From NCBI GenBank assembly GCA_040751795.1, contig JBFMHR010000001.1, positions 1-64,000 of the forward strand: 64,000 nucleotides of DNA. Reading direction: 5' to 3'. Source of the stretch: Thermoplasmatota archaeon (GTDB lineage: Archaea > Thermoplasmatota > Thermoplasmata > UBA10834). Both the position numbers and the translations under genes were made by a program. The notes under the pieces were generated by a model. That model searched no databases, was not told the origin of the DNA, and saw nothing but the letters and a program-made list of their open reading frames with translations. Positions 9,834 to 19,574 of the stretch are shown piece after piece (the stretch's first letter is position 1; each line of letters opens with the position of its first letter).

Positions 9834-11123
9834 GTGTCTCAGATGGAGAGGAGTTCGAGGATAGAGGGTTTCTACAAGCTCAGCCCGGAGGAGCGCCTCA
9901 GGGTCGTCAAGGAGTTCGCGGGCCTCACCGACGACGAGGCTCTCGCCCTGTCGGGCCATGCCGGGCTGACCCCAGGCGGTGCCGACAAGATGGTGGAGAA
10001 CGCAGTGGGCACATTCGCCATGCCCATCGGGGTCGCGACCAACTTCCTCGTCAACGGCAGGGACTACCTCGTCCCCATGGTCATCGAGGAGCCCTCCGTC
10101 GTGGCGGCGGCCTCGAACGCGGCCAAGATGGCGAGGGACAGGGGCGGCTTCAGGGCCTCGAGCACCCCGCCGGTGATGATCGGGCAGGTCCAGGTGACCG
10201 GGGTCAAGGACCCGGAGGCGGCAGCGGCCCGCATCGAGGCGGCGAAGGCGCGCATCCTCAAGCTCGCGAACGAGCAGGACCCGATGCTCATCAGCCTCGG
10301 CGGCGGGGCCAGGGACCTGGAGGCCAGGGTCATAGGGACGGTGCACGGGCCGCAGGTCGTGGTCCACCTCAAGGTCGACGTCAGGGACGCGATGGGGGCC
10401 AACGCCGTGAACACGATGGCCGAGGCGACCGCGCCCCTCATCGAGGAGGTCTCCGGCGGCAGGGTGTACCTCAGGATACTCTCCAACCTCGCGGTCTTCA
10501 GGACCGCGAAGGCCGAGGCCACCTGGTCGAAGGAGGCGATAGGAGGCGAGGAGGTCGTCGACGGGGTCGTCGAGGCCTACGCCTTCGCGGAGGCGGACCC
10601 GTACAGGTGCGCCACCCACAACAAGGGGATAATGAACGGGATAGACGCGGTCATAATCGCGACCGGGAACGACTGGAGGGCGATAGAGGCGGGCGCGCAC
10701 GCATACGCGACCGTCTCCGGCGGCTACAAGCCCCTCACGAGGTTCTCCAAGACCCCGGAGGGTGACCTGAGGGGGAGCATTGAGGTCCCCATGGCCGTCG
10801 GCCTGGTCGGGGGGGCGACGAAGGTGCACCCGGGGGCAAAGGCGTGCGTGCGCCTCCTCGGGGTCAAGACCGCGAACGAGCTGGCGGAGGTCGTCGCCTC
10901 GGTAGGGCTCGCCCAGAACCTCGCGGCGCTCAGGGCCCTGGCCACGGTCGGCATACAGAAGGGGCACATGTCCCTCCACGCCAGGAACATGGTCGCGAGC
11001 GTGGGCTGCCCGCCAGAGCTGATGGAGGAGGCGGTGGAGACCATTGTGCGCGAGAGGAAGATACGGATGGACCGGGCCAAGGAGGTCGTCGAGGAGCTCA
11101 AGCGGTCCCGGGCTAAGCGGTGA
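9834..11123 (+). CDS. HMG-CoA reductase, class II
   Basis: ENAVG, EEPSVVAAAS, DAMGAN, THNKGIMNG, GNDWRA, GIQKGHM. Confidence 0.95.
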   Translation: MSQMERSSRIEGFYKLSPEERLRVVKEFAGLTDDEALALSGHAGLTPGGADKMVENAVGTFAMPIGVATNFLVNGRDYLVPMVIEEPSVVAAASNAAKMARDRGGFRASSTPPVMIGQVQVTGVKDPEAAAARIEAAKARILKLANEQDPMLISLGGGARDLEARVIGTVHGPQVVVHLKVDVRDAMGANAVNTMAEATAPLIEEVSGGRVYLRILSNLAVFRTAKAEATWSKEAIGGEEVVDGVVEAYAFAEADPYRCATHNKGIMNGIDAVIIATGNDWRAIEAGAHAYATVSGGYKPLTRFSKTPEGDLRGSIEVPMAVGLVGGATKVHPGAKACVRLLGVKTANELAEVVASVGLAQNLAALRALATVGIQKGHMSLHARNMVASVGCPPELMEEAVETIVRERKIRMDRAKEVVEELKRSRAKR

Positions 11124-11174
11124 CGCGCGCCGAGCCCGGGAAAGATATATGCCCATCACGGCGATAATCCTGGC

Positions 11175-11867
11175 GTGACGCTACTGACGGAGGGCGACCT
11201 GCTCGGCCTCGCCGGTGTGTACGGGTACGTCGCGTCTGTGGTCGTGCTCTCGTGGGCCCTGAAGGGCAGGGTCAGCAATCCGCGGAAGCTCGTCCACATC
11301 CTCACGGGCGGGATAGTCTTCTTCTGGTGGTCCTTCGACACGAGGGAGGTGATGGCGGGCCTGGCGGCCGCGCCGTTCATAGTGCTGCTGCTCCTGTGCA
11401 CCCCGGTATCGCCCGTGGAGTGCCTCCGCAGGAGCCCGCTCGGGAGCCGCTCCTCCGAGGGGCACCAGTACGGGCTCGTGATGTACGCCATCTCATGGAC
11501 GGCGATCGCGTACCTCCTCTTCCACGACCTCTTCGCCGCCTCGATCGCGATCGCGGCCATGTCCTTCGGGGACGGGATGGGGGAGCTCGTGGGCAGGCGC
11601 TTCGGCAGCATCGAGTACCTCCGGAAGAGGACCGTGGAGGGGACGCTGGCCGTCTTCGCCGCGACCCTCGTGTCCGTCCTGGTGCTCAGCTGGTTCTACT
11701 TCGAGGTCGTCGGGTACGCCTACGGGGGGCCCCCCGACATGGGCGTCCTCTTCGCCGTGTCGGTCGCGGGCATGGTGGCTTGCCTCGAGGCGGTGACCCC
11801 GGGGCAGGTGGACAACCTCGTCATACCGCTCGTCGTCGCGGGCTACCTGCACATGCTGGGGGTCTGA
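11175..11867 (+). CDS. CTP-dependent polyprenol/dolichol/phytol kinase family membrane protein
   Basis: RKLVHI, SFGDGMGELVGRRFG, KRTVEGT, DNLVIP. Confidence 0.85.
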   Translation: MTLLTEGDLLGLAGVYGYVASVVVLSWALKGRVSNPRKLVHILTGGIVFFWWSFDTREVMAGLAAAPFIVLLLLCTPVSPVECLRRSPLGSRSSEGHQYGLVMYAISWTAIAYLLFHDLFAASIAIAAMSFGDGMGELVGRRFGSIEYLRKRTVEGTLAVFAATLVSVLVLSWFYFEVVGYAYGGPPDMGVLFAVSVAGMVACLEAVTPGQVDNLVIPLVVAGYLHMLGV

Positions 11868-11869
11868 CC

Positions 11870-12475
11870 CTGAAGAGGCTTGTCGTCGTCGACGGCCTCG
11901 ACGGCTGCGGGAAGGACACCCACGCGAGGAGGATCGCGGAGCTGATGGGCGCCGAGGGCCACGCGGTCTCCGTCGTCTCGCACCCGTCGAGGAGGTTCTT
12001 CGGGAGGCTGTCCAAGAGGGCGCTCCAGGGATCGGGCCACGGCCCGAGGGCGGTGGCGACGCTCTTCTACACGCTGGACGTGCTCGCTTCCGTCTCCCGC
12101 TACAACAGGGCGAGGGAAGGCACGTTCGTCTTCGTGAGGTACCTGCTCGGGACCGCCTACCTGCCGAAGGGGCTCGCCCCGCTCGGCTACAGGCTCTTCA
12201 GCAACCTCCTGCCGTTCCCGGACCTGGCCCTCTTCATCGACATCGAGCCGGCCGTCGCGCTCCGGCGCATCGAGGCGAGGGACCACAGGCGCGAGATGTT
12301 CGAGACCCTGGAGAAGCTCGAGTCGGTCAGGGGCGTTGCGAAGGCGCTGGCCGGCGAGGGGTGGGTGGTAATAGACAACAGCGAGGACGGCGAGGCCCCC
12401 TTCAGGAGGCTCGCGGAGGTCATGGCGGCCCGCGGGTACCTCGAGCCCCGTCCCGGGCTCAGCGGCCCCCCTTGA
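11870..12475 (+). CDS. Thymidylate kinase-like P-loop kinase (probable CTG start)
   Basis: VVDGLDGCGKDT P-loop, PDLALFIDI, EMFETLEKL; VRY replaces the usual DRY. Confidence 0.78.
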   Translation: MKRLVVVDGLDGCGKDTHARRIAELMGAEGHAVSVVSHPSRRFFGRLSKRALQGSGHGPRAVATLFYTLDVLASVSRYNRAREGTFVFVRYLLGTAYLPKGLAPLGYRLFSNLLPFPDLALFIDIEPAVALRRIEARDHRREMFETLEKLESVRGVAKALAGEGWVVIDNSEDGEAPFRRLAEVMAARGYLEPRPGLSGPP

Positions 12476-13382
12476 ACGCCTTCGACTCCTCGCGGAGCCT
12501 GCACTTGTCGCACGCCTTGTCGCACGGCTCGACGTGTATGACTATGGTCGTCCTCGGGAGGGCCGACTTGATGTCCTGCTCCAGGTGTTCGGCCAGGTCG
12601 TGGCTGTCCTTGACGCTTATGTCCGACGGCACGGTCAGGTGGAGGTCGATCTGCCTCTCCGAGCCCGTCTTCCTCGCCCTAAGCTTGTGGAAGTTGACGT
12701 AGGCGGAGGCGTGCTCGTTCATTATCCTCTCGATCTCCCTCATCTCCGCGTCGGGGAGGGCCACGTCGAGGAGCCCCTCGGACGACCGCGTCGTTATCTC
12801 GTAGGCGGCCTTGATGATGAACACGGCCACGAAGAGCGCTATCAGCGGGTCGATGAGCCTCTCGCCGGTGATGAGTATCGCGACGAGGGCCACGAAGACG
12901 CCCAGCGACGTCCAGATGTCGGTCTTCAGGTGGAGGGCGTCGGCCTCCAGGGCGAGGGAATCCGTCCTCTTGGCGACGTCCATCAGCCTCCTGGAGACGT
13001 AGAAGTTCAGCACAACCGAGAGCCCCATCACGACCATGCCAGCGGCGACGAACTCGACCTCCACCGGGTCCACGAGGCGCCGCGCGGCCTCGTACACGAT
13101 CACCGCCGCGGCGACGAATATCAGCGCTCCCTCGACCATCCCCGAGAGGTTCTCGAACTTCCCGTGGCCGAACCTGTGGTCCGAGTCCGCCGGCTCCGCC
13201 GACCTCTTCACCGAGAAGCGCGCTATGAGCGCGGCAACGAGGTCTATCCCCGAGTGGAGCGCCTCCGAGATGACGCCGACGGACATCATCATCACCCCCA
13301 CCGCGAGCTTCGTGGCTACGAGGGCCGTGTTCGAATACACGGACAGCCTCGCCACGGAGACCTTCTCGGCGGCCGCGTCCAT
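12459..13382 (-). CDS. Cation diffusion facilitator transporter
   Basis: EALHSGID, PADSDHRFGHGKFE, ADALHLKTD, IHVEP. Confidence 0.93.
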   Translation of the reverse strand: MDAAAEKVSVARLSVYSNTALVATKLAVGVMMMSVGVISEALHSGIDLVAALIARFSVKRSAEPADSDHRFGHGKFENLSGMVEGALIFVAAAVIVYEAARRLVDPVEVEFVAAGMVVMGLSVVLNFYVSRRLMDVAKRTDSLALEADALHLKTDIWTSLGVFVALVAILITGERLIDPLIALFVAVFIIKAAYEITTRSSEGLLDVALPDAEMREIERIMNEHASAYVNFHKLRARKTGSERQIDLHLTVPSDISVKDSHDLAEHLEQDIKSALPRTTIVIHVEPCDKACDKCRLREESKAFKGGR

Positions 13383-13501
13383 GTTCCCCGTCCATGACCA
13401 GGCCCGTACTTAGGTTTTTTCGGGCTGAACCTTACGTGGTCATCCCCGAAAACATTATCAAACGATACCCTCATTGGGCCACAGCCGGGAGATAGGACGC
13501 A

Positions 13502-15064
13502 ATGCCCAATGATGCCCCCCGTCATCTGGACAGCCTGCCGGTCAGCAAGCTGAAGACCGTCGCGCACCAGCTCAACGTCGATGTCAGCTCGTGCAGGCTC
13601 AAGAAGGACTACGTCGAGAGGCTCGCCGCCGCTGGCGTGACCGAGGAGCAGGTCCAGGAGGCCCTCTCGCCCGAGAGGCACCCAAAGAAGGACGGGGCCG
13701 CCCCCAAGGACGCGGAGGCGGCGAGGAGGGACGTCGAGGGCATCGCCGGGAAGTCCGCGGGGACGAAGGTGCTCCCCGACGAGGTCAACGACGAGGTGGA
13801 GAGGAACATCGACCGCGCCCTCCTGGTCAGGCCCGCCTTCTTCGAGATCGACTCACAGGTGGAGGTCGCCTGGAACCACATGATCATGGCCGACTACCAC
13901 GACGCCATCGCCGCGAACTCGCAGGCGAGGGCGAGGATGCTCGACAGGTTCAGCTCATTCCAGGTGTTCTCCTCGGCGCTCTCGATCAGAGCGGCGGAGA
14001 GCATCATATCGAGCCTCAACGACGCGCAGGGCAGGGTGGACCCGCGCCTCAGGTCCGCGCTCGCCGAGGCGAAGATCGCGTTCGTCGAGGGGAGTCCGAG
14101 GCACCGCGAGGAGACCCTCGAGGAGCTGGAGACCCTCACCACGAAGGCCTACGAGTCGTTCTTCGAGGGCAGCACCAGGGCCGAGGCCGAGCTGCGCACC
14201 CTCCTCTCTGACTACGAATCCTTCGGGGCGCAGACCCAGGAGCCCTGGAGGCTCCTCGAGATCGCCGAGCAGGCGAGGCAGTCGTTCAACGTGGCGGAGT
14301 ACGCCAAGGTGCTGGAGGACGCGAGGCAGGCCGCGGCCAGCGCCAAGGAGAGGCGCGCCGCCGAGATCGACGGCTCGTTCGGGATGGCCAGGTCGGCGCT
14401 GCACGAGGCGAGGGAGGTCGGTGCGGTCCTCTCGGTCGGGGAGAAGGAGATCGCCGAGGCGAGGGAGGCATTCGACGGGCAGGCCTTCAAGCGCGCGACG
14501 GACCTCCTCGCGGCGGTCGAGCGGGCCGCCGACCAGGCCCACATGGAGCGGATGAAGGACAGGACGGCGATGGAGCGGCAGACAATCAGGGTCTCCCACG
14601 GCATCGCCGGCATCGAGAAGACCCTGCAGGAGGCCGCGGCCTACGGGATGGACGTCCAGGACGGACTGGTGTTCGTCTCGAAGGCCAAGACATCCTTCGC
14701 CAACAGGGACATAGTCACGGCAGCGAAGCTCTTCCGCCGCCTGAAGGACAAGACAGCGGCGATCGAGGACGACCTCGACAGGGAGCGGGTCGAGCGCGGC
14801 GTGGCCAGGAAGGTCGAGGACGCGAAGTGCGGCAAGTGTGGCAAGGAGGCCCTCTACGCCTTCCCGAACGACAGGAGGAAGTGCGTCGAGTGCGGCCACT
14901 CGTTCTCCATGGTGGTCGAACCACTGCCCGCGACCATGGAGCCCATAGAGAAACCGGTGTCGTCGTCGCCCCAGGCGCAGGCCGCGCCGGCCAAGGTGGC
15001 AGCGCCTCAGGCGGAGGAACAGAAGAAGGGGTTCTTCTCCCGCAAGTTCAAGAGCCAGAAGTAG
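13502..15064 (+). CDS. Hypothetical helical protein with SAP/HeH-like N-terminus and C-terminal Zn ribbon
   Basis: LPVSKLKTVAHQLNVDVSSCRLKKDYVERL; CGKCG...CVECG; ends KKGFFSRKFKSQK. Confidence 0.75.
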   Translation: MPNDAPRHLDSLPVSKLKTVAHQLNVDVSSCRLKKDYVERLAAAGVTEEQVQEALSPERHPKKDGAAPKDAEAARRDVEGIAGKSAGTKVLPDEVNDEVERNIDRALLVRPAFFEIDSQVEVAWNHMIMADYHDAIAANSQARARMLDRFSSFQVFSSALSIRAAESIISSLNDAQGRVDPRLRSALAEAKIAFVEGSPRHREETLEELETLTTKAYESFFEGSTRAEAELRTLLSDYESFGAQTQEPWRLLEIAEQARQSFNVAEYAKVLEDARQAAASAKERRAAEIDGSFGMARSALHEAREVGAVLSVGEKEIAEAREAFDGQAFKRATDLLAAVERAADQAHMERMKDRTAMERQTIRVSHGIAGIEKTLQEAAAYGMDVQDGLVFVSKAKTSFANRDIVTAAKLFRRLKDKTAAIEDDLDRERVERGVARKVEDAKCGKCGKEALYAFPNDRRKCVECGHSFSMVVEPLPATMEPIEKPVSSSPQAQAAPAKVAAPQAEEQKKGFFSRKFKSQK

Positions 15065-15566
15065 GCGTCGGCTCTCCCTTGCCCTTGTTGTTCGGGGTCC
15101 GCTCCCTCGCGAGCCCCCTTATGATGTCGCCGCGGGTCACTATGCCGACCAGGCTGTGCCCCTCGACGACGGGCAGCCGCTGGATCTTCCTCTCGACCAT
15201 CATCACGATGGCCTCGTTCACCGTTATGTCGGGGTTGACGGTGACGACCTCCTTCGACATCACGTCCCTCACGGGGGTGTTGCCGATCTCCTCGTAGGCC
15301 TCGAGGATCTCCCTCTGGGTGACCTCCTCCTGGAAGGCTATCCCGAGGGACGATATCGAAGGGAAGACGAGCCTGAGGTCCTTCTTCGTGGTCTTGATGG
15401 ACCTGAGCACGTCGATCTCGCTGAACACCCCGACGACCAGGCCGTTCTCCACGACGGGCACGCCGGACACGTTCTTCTCCGCGAGCATCGCGGCCGCGTC
15501 CTTGACGAGCGTCTCCGGCGTGATGCTCATCGCCGGCGAGCTCATGACCTCTCTTACCTTGACCAT
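15048..15566 (-). CDS. CBS domain protein
   Basis: Two CBS motifs (SGVPVV...GVFSEID; RLPVV...GIVTRGDII). Confidence 0.92.
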   Translation of the reverse strand: MVKVREVMSSPAMSITPETLVKDAAAMLAEKNVSGVPVVENGLVVGVFSEIDVLRSIKTTKKDLRLVFPSISSLGIAFQEEVTQREILEAYEEIGNTPVRDVMSKEVVTVNPDITVNEAIVMMVERKIQRLPVVEGHSLVGIVTRGDIIRGLARERTPNNKGKGEPTPTSGS

Positions 15567-15652
15567 TAGTACCGCTCCGCTCGAACCACGGAGAAGCTAT
15601 TAAATCCTTTCTTCCGGTTCCTTGGACAGTCAATCCAGGGAGTCGGAGCCCA

Positions 15653-16609
15653 ATGATCCGGACCAAGCTGAAGCCCATATCAGACATCGAGCTCTCACAC
15701 GACATGACCGTACGCGACCTGACGGCGCAGATGCTGTCGTCCGGGGGCTTCACCGCGAAGAAGCTGGGGGCCGCCTGCGACATACTGAGGGCGATGTACA
15801 GGGAGAGGCAGTGCACGGTCTTCCTGTCCTTCCCCGCATGCATCGTCTCGACCGGCACGAGGGGGGTCATCAGGAAGCTCGTCGAGGAGAAGCTCGTCGA
15901 CGTCATCATAACGACCTGCGGCACTCTGGACCACGACCTGGCCAGGGTGTGGCGGAAGTACTACCACGGCGACTTCCTCATGGACGACGCCGACCTCTAC
16001 AGGAAGGGCATCAACCGCCTCGGGAACATCCTGATCCCGAACGAGAGCTACGGGATCGTCCTGGAGCAGAAGATGCAGCCCATACTGGACGAGATATACA
16101 GGTCAGGAAAGAAGACCCTCTCGAGCAGGCAGCTGGCCGAGGAGTTCGGGAACCGCGTCAGCGACAAGAGGTCCATACTCCACTGGGCCGCGAGGAACCA
16201 GATACCCGTCTTCGTGCCGGGGATAACGGACGGGGCGTTCGGCTCCCAGCTCTGGCTCTTCCGGCAGCAGCACCCCGACTTCAACGTCGACGTCCTGAAG
16301 GACGAGCAGGAGCTGTCCGACATTGTCTTCACCTCGAAGAAGGCGGGGGCGATCATGGTGGGTGGCGGCATCTCCAAGCACCACGTCATATGGTGGAACC
16401 AGTTCCGGGACGGCCTCGACTACGCGGTGTACCTGACCACCGCCGAGGAGTACGACGGCTCCCTGTCGGGGGCCAGGATACGCGAGGCCGTGAGCTGGGG
16501 GAAGGTCAAGGAGAAGGCCAAGTACATAACGGTCGAGGGGGACGCCACGATAACGCTGCCCATGATAGCGGCGTCCGTCATAGGCACCAACAGGCCGGCA
16601 AGAGATTAA
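15653..16609 (+). CDS. dys: Deoxyhypusine synthase
   Basis: GINRLGNILIP, PGITDGAFG, GGGISKHH, DGSLSGARIREAVSWGKV, GDATI. Confidence 0.93.
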   Translation: MIRTKLKPISDIELSHDMTVRDLTAQMLSSGGFTAKKLGAACDILRAMYRERQCTVFLSFPACIVSTGTRGVIRKLVEEKLVDVIITTCGTLDHDLARVWRKYYHGDFLMDDADLYRKGINRLGNILIPNESYGIVLEQKMQPILDEIYRSGKKTLSSRQLAEEFGNRVSDKRSILHWAARNQIPVFVPGITDGAFGSQLWLFRQQHPDFNVDVLKDEQELSDIVFTSKKAGAIMVGGGISKHHVIWWNQFRDGLDYAVYLTTAEEYDGSLSGARIREAVSWGKVKEKAKYITVEGDATITLPMIAASVIGTNRPARD

Positions 16610-16649
16610 TATTGCTCAGTCGGCTTACCTGTCAAGTGGCGGGTCCGAG

Positions 16650-17717
16650 ATGATGTCCAACGAAGGTGGGCCGGAGATCCCGGCGAGTCAAGACCTCATC
16701 GCGTTCGCGAGGGAGTACCTCAAGTCGTACATGGAGACGGTCGAGGAGAAGAAGCCCCCGGCCTACCCCAGGTTCGCCCAGGACATGCCCTACGCCACCA
16801 AGATCTACTTCCTGCCCAACGGCTGCATATGCATGATATTCAACTCCGCGAAGGAGCAGTCCATCGAGGGGGCCGCCAAGGATTGGGACGAGGTCCAGGA
16901 CATCATCGTCAAGGGGGTCGACCACTTCGCCGGGTTCTACCCGTTCGAGGGGCGGTCCCTCGGCGACTGGAACAAGAGGGGCAAGAAGGACGCCCTCAGG
17001 GATCTCAGGCTCCTTGACAGGTCCGAGCTCGCCAAGTCGGGTGCGGAGCTCGAGAGCGTCATCGACAACATCGCCAAGATGAAGAAGGCCAACCCCTGGC
17101 TCGTCAGGTCCGGGGACGAGATGATCTCCGCCCTGAAGAGCATGGAGAGCCGGATGAGGGGCGGGTTCCCCACGGTCGACGCCATCGCGAGCCTCCAGGC
17201 GCTGAAGGCGTACAACCCCAGCGCGGAGAGCGTGAAGATAGAGTTCCCGGACAGGGAGATACTGGACAGGATAATGGAGGGGGTCCAGGAGGTCGCCGGG
17301 ATGCAGGTCAAGCTCGAGGCCTTCGAGACCAGGATGTTCGAGATGGAGAAGGCCATGCAGGCCCCCGAGCTCATGGAGAGGCTCTCCGACGCCTTCGACA
17401 GGGTGGACAGGCTCGAGAAGCAGCTCGAGAAGGTCTCCAACATACTCACGATGCTCAACTCCAAGGTGGAGAGCTACTTCTCCAAGTCCGCCGAGAAGGA
17501 GAGGCAGGCGGACCTCGAGAAGCGCATCGAGGAGCACACCACCAAGGCCCTGTCCCACGAGTCCAAGATAGCGGAGCTGGAGAAGGAGGCGGAGATGCTC
17601 CTCGCCGAGATGCGCGCCATGGCCTCCAAGATGGAGAAGGACATACACGACAGCAGGAAGAGGATCGCGAGGGTCGAGAAGCACTTCGTCGACTTCGCGA
17701 AGCTAGTCCAAGAATGA
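16650..17717 (+). CDS. Hypothetical coiled-coil protein
   Basis: Long E/K/L heptad-rich C-terminal half; host-like codon usage. Confidence 0.75.
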   Translation: MMSNEGGPEIPASQDLIAFAREYLKSYMETVEEKKPPAYPRFAQDMPYATKIYFLPNGCICMIFNSAKEQSIEGAAKDWDEVQDIIVKGVDHFAGFYPFEGRSLGDWNKRGKKDALRDLRLLDRSELAKSGAELESVIDNIAKMKKANPWLVRSGDEMISALKSMESRMRGGFPTVDAIASLQALKAYNPSAESVKIEFPDREILDRIMEGVQEVAGMQVKLEAFETRMFEMEKAMQAPELMERLSDAFDRVDRLEKQLEKVSNILTMLNSKVESYFSKSAEKERQADLEKRIEEHTTKALSHESKIAELEKEAEMLLAEMRAMASKMEKDIHDSRKRIARVEKHFVDFAKLVQE

Positions 17718-17724
17718 GTGGGCC

Positions 17725-18720
17725 ATGAAGCGAGTGTGCGTCCTGCCCGGGGATGGGATCGGGCCCGAGGTCGTCGGGTGCGCCACAAGGGTGCTCGAAG
17801 CCGTCGCCCCAGGAATCGAGCTGGTCAGCGGCGAGATCGGGCAGTCCGCCATGGATGTCCATGGGTCCCCCCTTCCTGCCCGGACGTTGGACCTGATACG
17901 CGGGTGCGACAGCTGCCTCTTCGGCGCGGTCACCTCCCCCAGCGCGGCGAGCCACCCATCGCCAGTGCTGACGTTCAGGAAGGAGCTGGACCTCTTCGCC
18001 AACCTCCGCCCCGTCAGGAACCTAGTCAGCGTGCAGGGCAGGCCGCCCATCGACGTCGTAATCGTGCGGGAGAACTCCGAGGGGCTCTACCACCAGCCCG
18101 AGGTGGAGGACGCGGAGGGCGTGACCACTCACCGGCGCGTGACGGCGCGCGCATCAAGGCGGATAGTCGACTTCGCCATCGGGCATGCCCGCTCCAGGGG
18201 GAGGCGGGGGGTCTGCTGCGTGCACAAGGCCAACGTCCTGAGGAGGTCCGACGGGCTCTTCCTCGATGTCTTCAGGGAGCGGATGCGCGATGCCGGCGCT
18301 GGACTCATGGCCAGGGACCAGCTCGTCGACTCGGCCGCGCTGCTCCTCGTCACCGACCCCTCGTACTTCGACGTGATCGTCACGCTCAACCTCTACGGCG
18401 ACATCCTGTCGGACCTCGCCGCGGGTGTCGCAGGAGGCCTGGGCTTCGCACCCTCTGGCAACATAGGGCCGAGGCACTCGGTCTTCGAGCCCGCCCACGG
18501 GTCCGCCCCCGACATCGCGGGGAAGGGCGTCGCCAACCCGACCGCGGCGATCCTCTCCGCGTCGATGATGCTCGAGCACATCGGGATGGGGAGGGAGGCC
18601 GCGGAGGTCTCCCAGGCGGTCATCGGGGCATATGCCGACGGCGCCCTCACCGTCGACGTGGGCGGGGCGCTCGGTTCCGCCGCGTTCACGGAGCTAGTGC
18701 TCTCGCGACTGCGCCGCTGA
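17725..18720 (+). CDS. Isocitrate/isopropylmalate dehydrogenase family
   Basis: [42 protein letters not shown]. Confidence 0.92.
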   Translation: MKRVCVLPGDGIGPEVVGCATRVLEAVAPGIELVSGEIGQSAMDVHGSPLPARTLDLIRGCDSCLFGAVTSPSAASHPSPVLTFRKELDLFANLRPVRNLVSVQGRPPIDVVIVRENSEGLYHQPEVEDAEGVTTHRRVTARASRRIVDFAIGHARSRGRRGVCCVHKANVLRRSDGLFLDVFRERMRDAGAGLMARDQLVDSAALLLVTDPSYFDVIVTLNLYGDILSDLAAGVAGGLGFAPSGNIGPRHSVFEPAHGSAPDIAGKGVANPTAAILSASMMLEHIGMGREAAEVSQAVIGAYADGALTVDVGGALGSAAFTELVLSRLRR

Positions 18721-19207
18721 TGGCCCTGAGCGGGCACGACACCCTGTGCAAGACATGGGCGGCGAACTCACGGGCCCCACCGTCGGGGTGTGCCACCCGG
18801 AACGAGATGAATGCCAGGAGGACGAGCGCCGTAACAGATGCGCAGAGGAGGACCGCCTCGGCAGCGGAGAAGAGTCCGAGGAAAGTGTCCTCGGCGTAGT
18901 CCATCGATATGTGCACCCCCCAGAAGAGCAGGGGCAGGGCCAGCCTGGAGGCGGACGCCACCGGCCCGACGACCAAGGCAGCGACGGGGCTGTGGAGCAG
19001 CGACTTCCACTGTCCGTCCGCGGACATGAGGGCGTCGATGTCGAGGACGCCGCCGACGCCGTGCACGTCGACGTACCCCTTGAGCCCGAAGAGGTGGTCC
19101 ACGTCTATGAACACCCCGAAAAGGAGCGCGACGAACGAGTCGTTCCTGTCGAGGTTCAGAAGGCTGATGAGTAGGAGGCTCACGACCAGGTGCGTCACAG
19201 CGAGCAT
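18686..19207 (-). CDS. Membrane-bound metal-dependent hydrolase-like protein (YdjM-like)
   Basis: THL, IDVDH, LLHS, VHISMD motifs within TM segments. Confidence 0.7.
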   Translation of the reverse strand: MLAVTHLVVSLLLISLLNLDRNDSFVALLFGVFIDVDHLFGLKGYVDVHGVGGVLDIDALMSADGQWKSLLHSPVAALVVGPVASASRLALPLLFWGVHISMDYAEDTFLGLFSAAEAVLLCASVTALVLLAFISFRVAHPDGGAREFAAHVLHRVSCPLRAISGAVARALAP

Positions 19208-19310
19208 GAGTCCACGGCGCGATCGGTTCTGGGCGATGATTGTCCCCGTCGGTATATCTGGTTGTCGCCGGCCGCTGGCCCTGGCGGGATGCGGTTGAAA
19301 AGGGAGGATG

Positions 19311-19395
19311 TGCGGGGGCTGAGATTCGAACTCAGGGACTCCTGCGAGACCAGACCCTCAATCTGGCGCCGTTGACCGGGCTTGGCTACCCCCGC
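19311..19395 (-). tRNA. tRNA-Leu(GAG)
   Basis: Reverse complement: GCGGGGGTAGCCAAG...CCAGA-TTGAGGG-TCTGG...GTTCGAATC...CCCCCGCA. Confidence 0.95.
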
Positions 19396-19574
19396 ACGGT
19401 TGGCGCTGGCCCGCCTTCGTAAAGCGTTTACCGATTAAAGCCTTTCGTCCCCGGCCCGTCCTCCCCCATGGTTCCGTCGTTCGATATCACGTACTAAATA
19501 CTACTGCGCAATACCCCTGTCGGAAGTCGGTCTGCCGCAGAGGCCGGGCCCTGTGCGGGGGACCGCGAAGGGGA

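Noticed and set aside
2864-19395. tRNA-Ser or tRNA-Leu as integration sites
   Set aside because: No duplicated tRNA 3' ends or composition shift noticed next to either gene.
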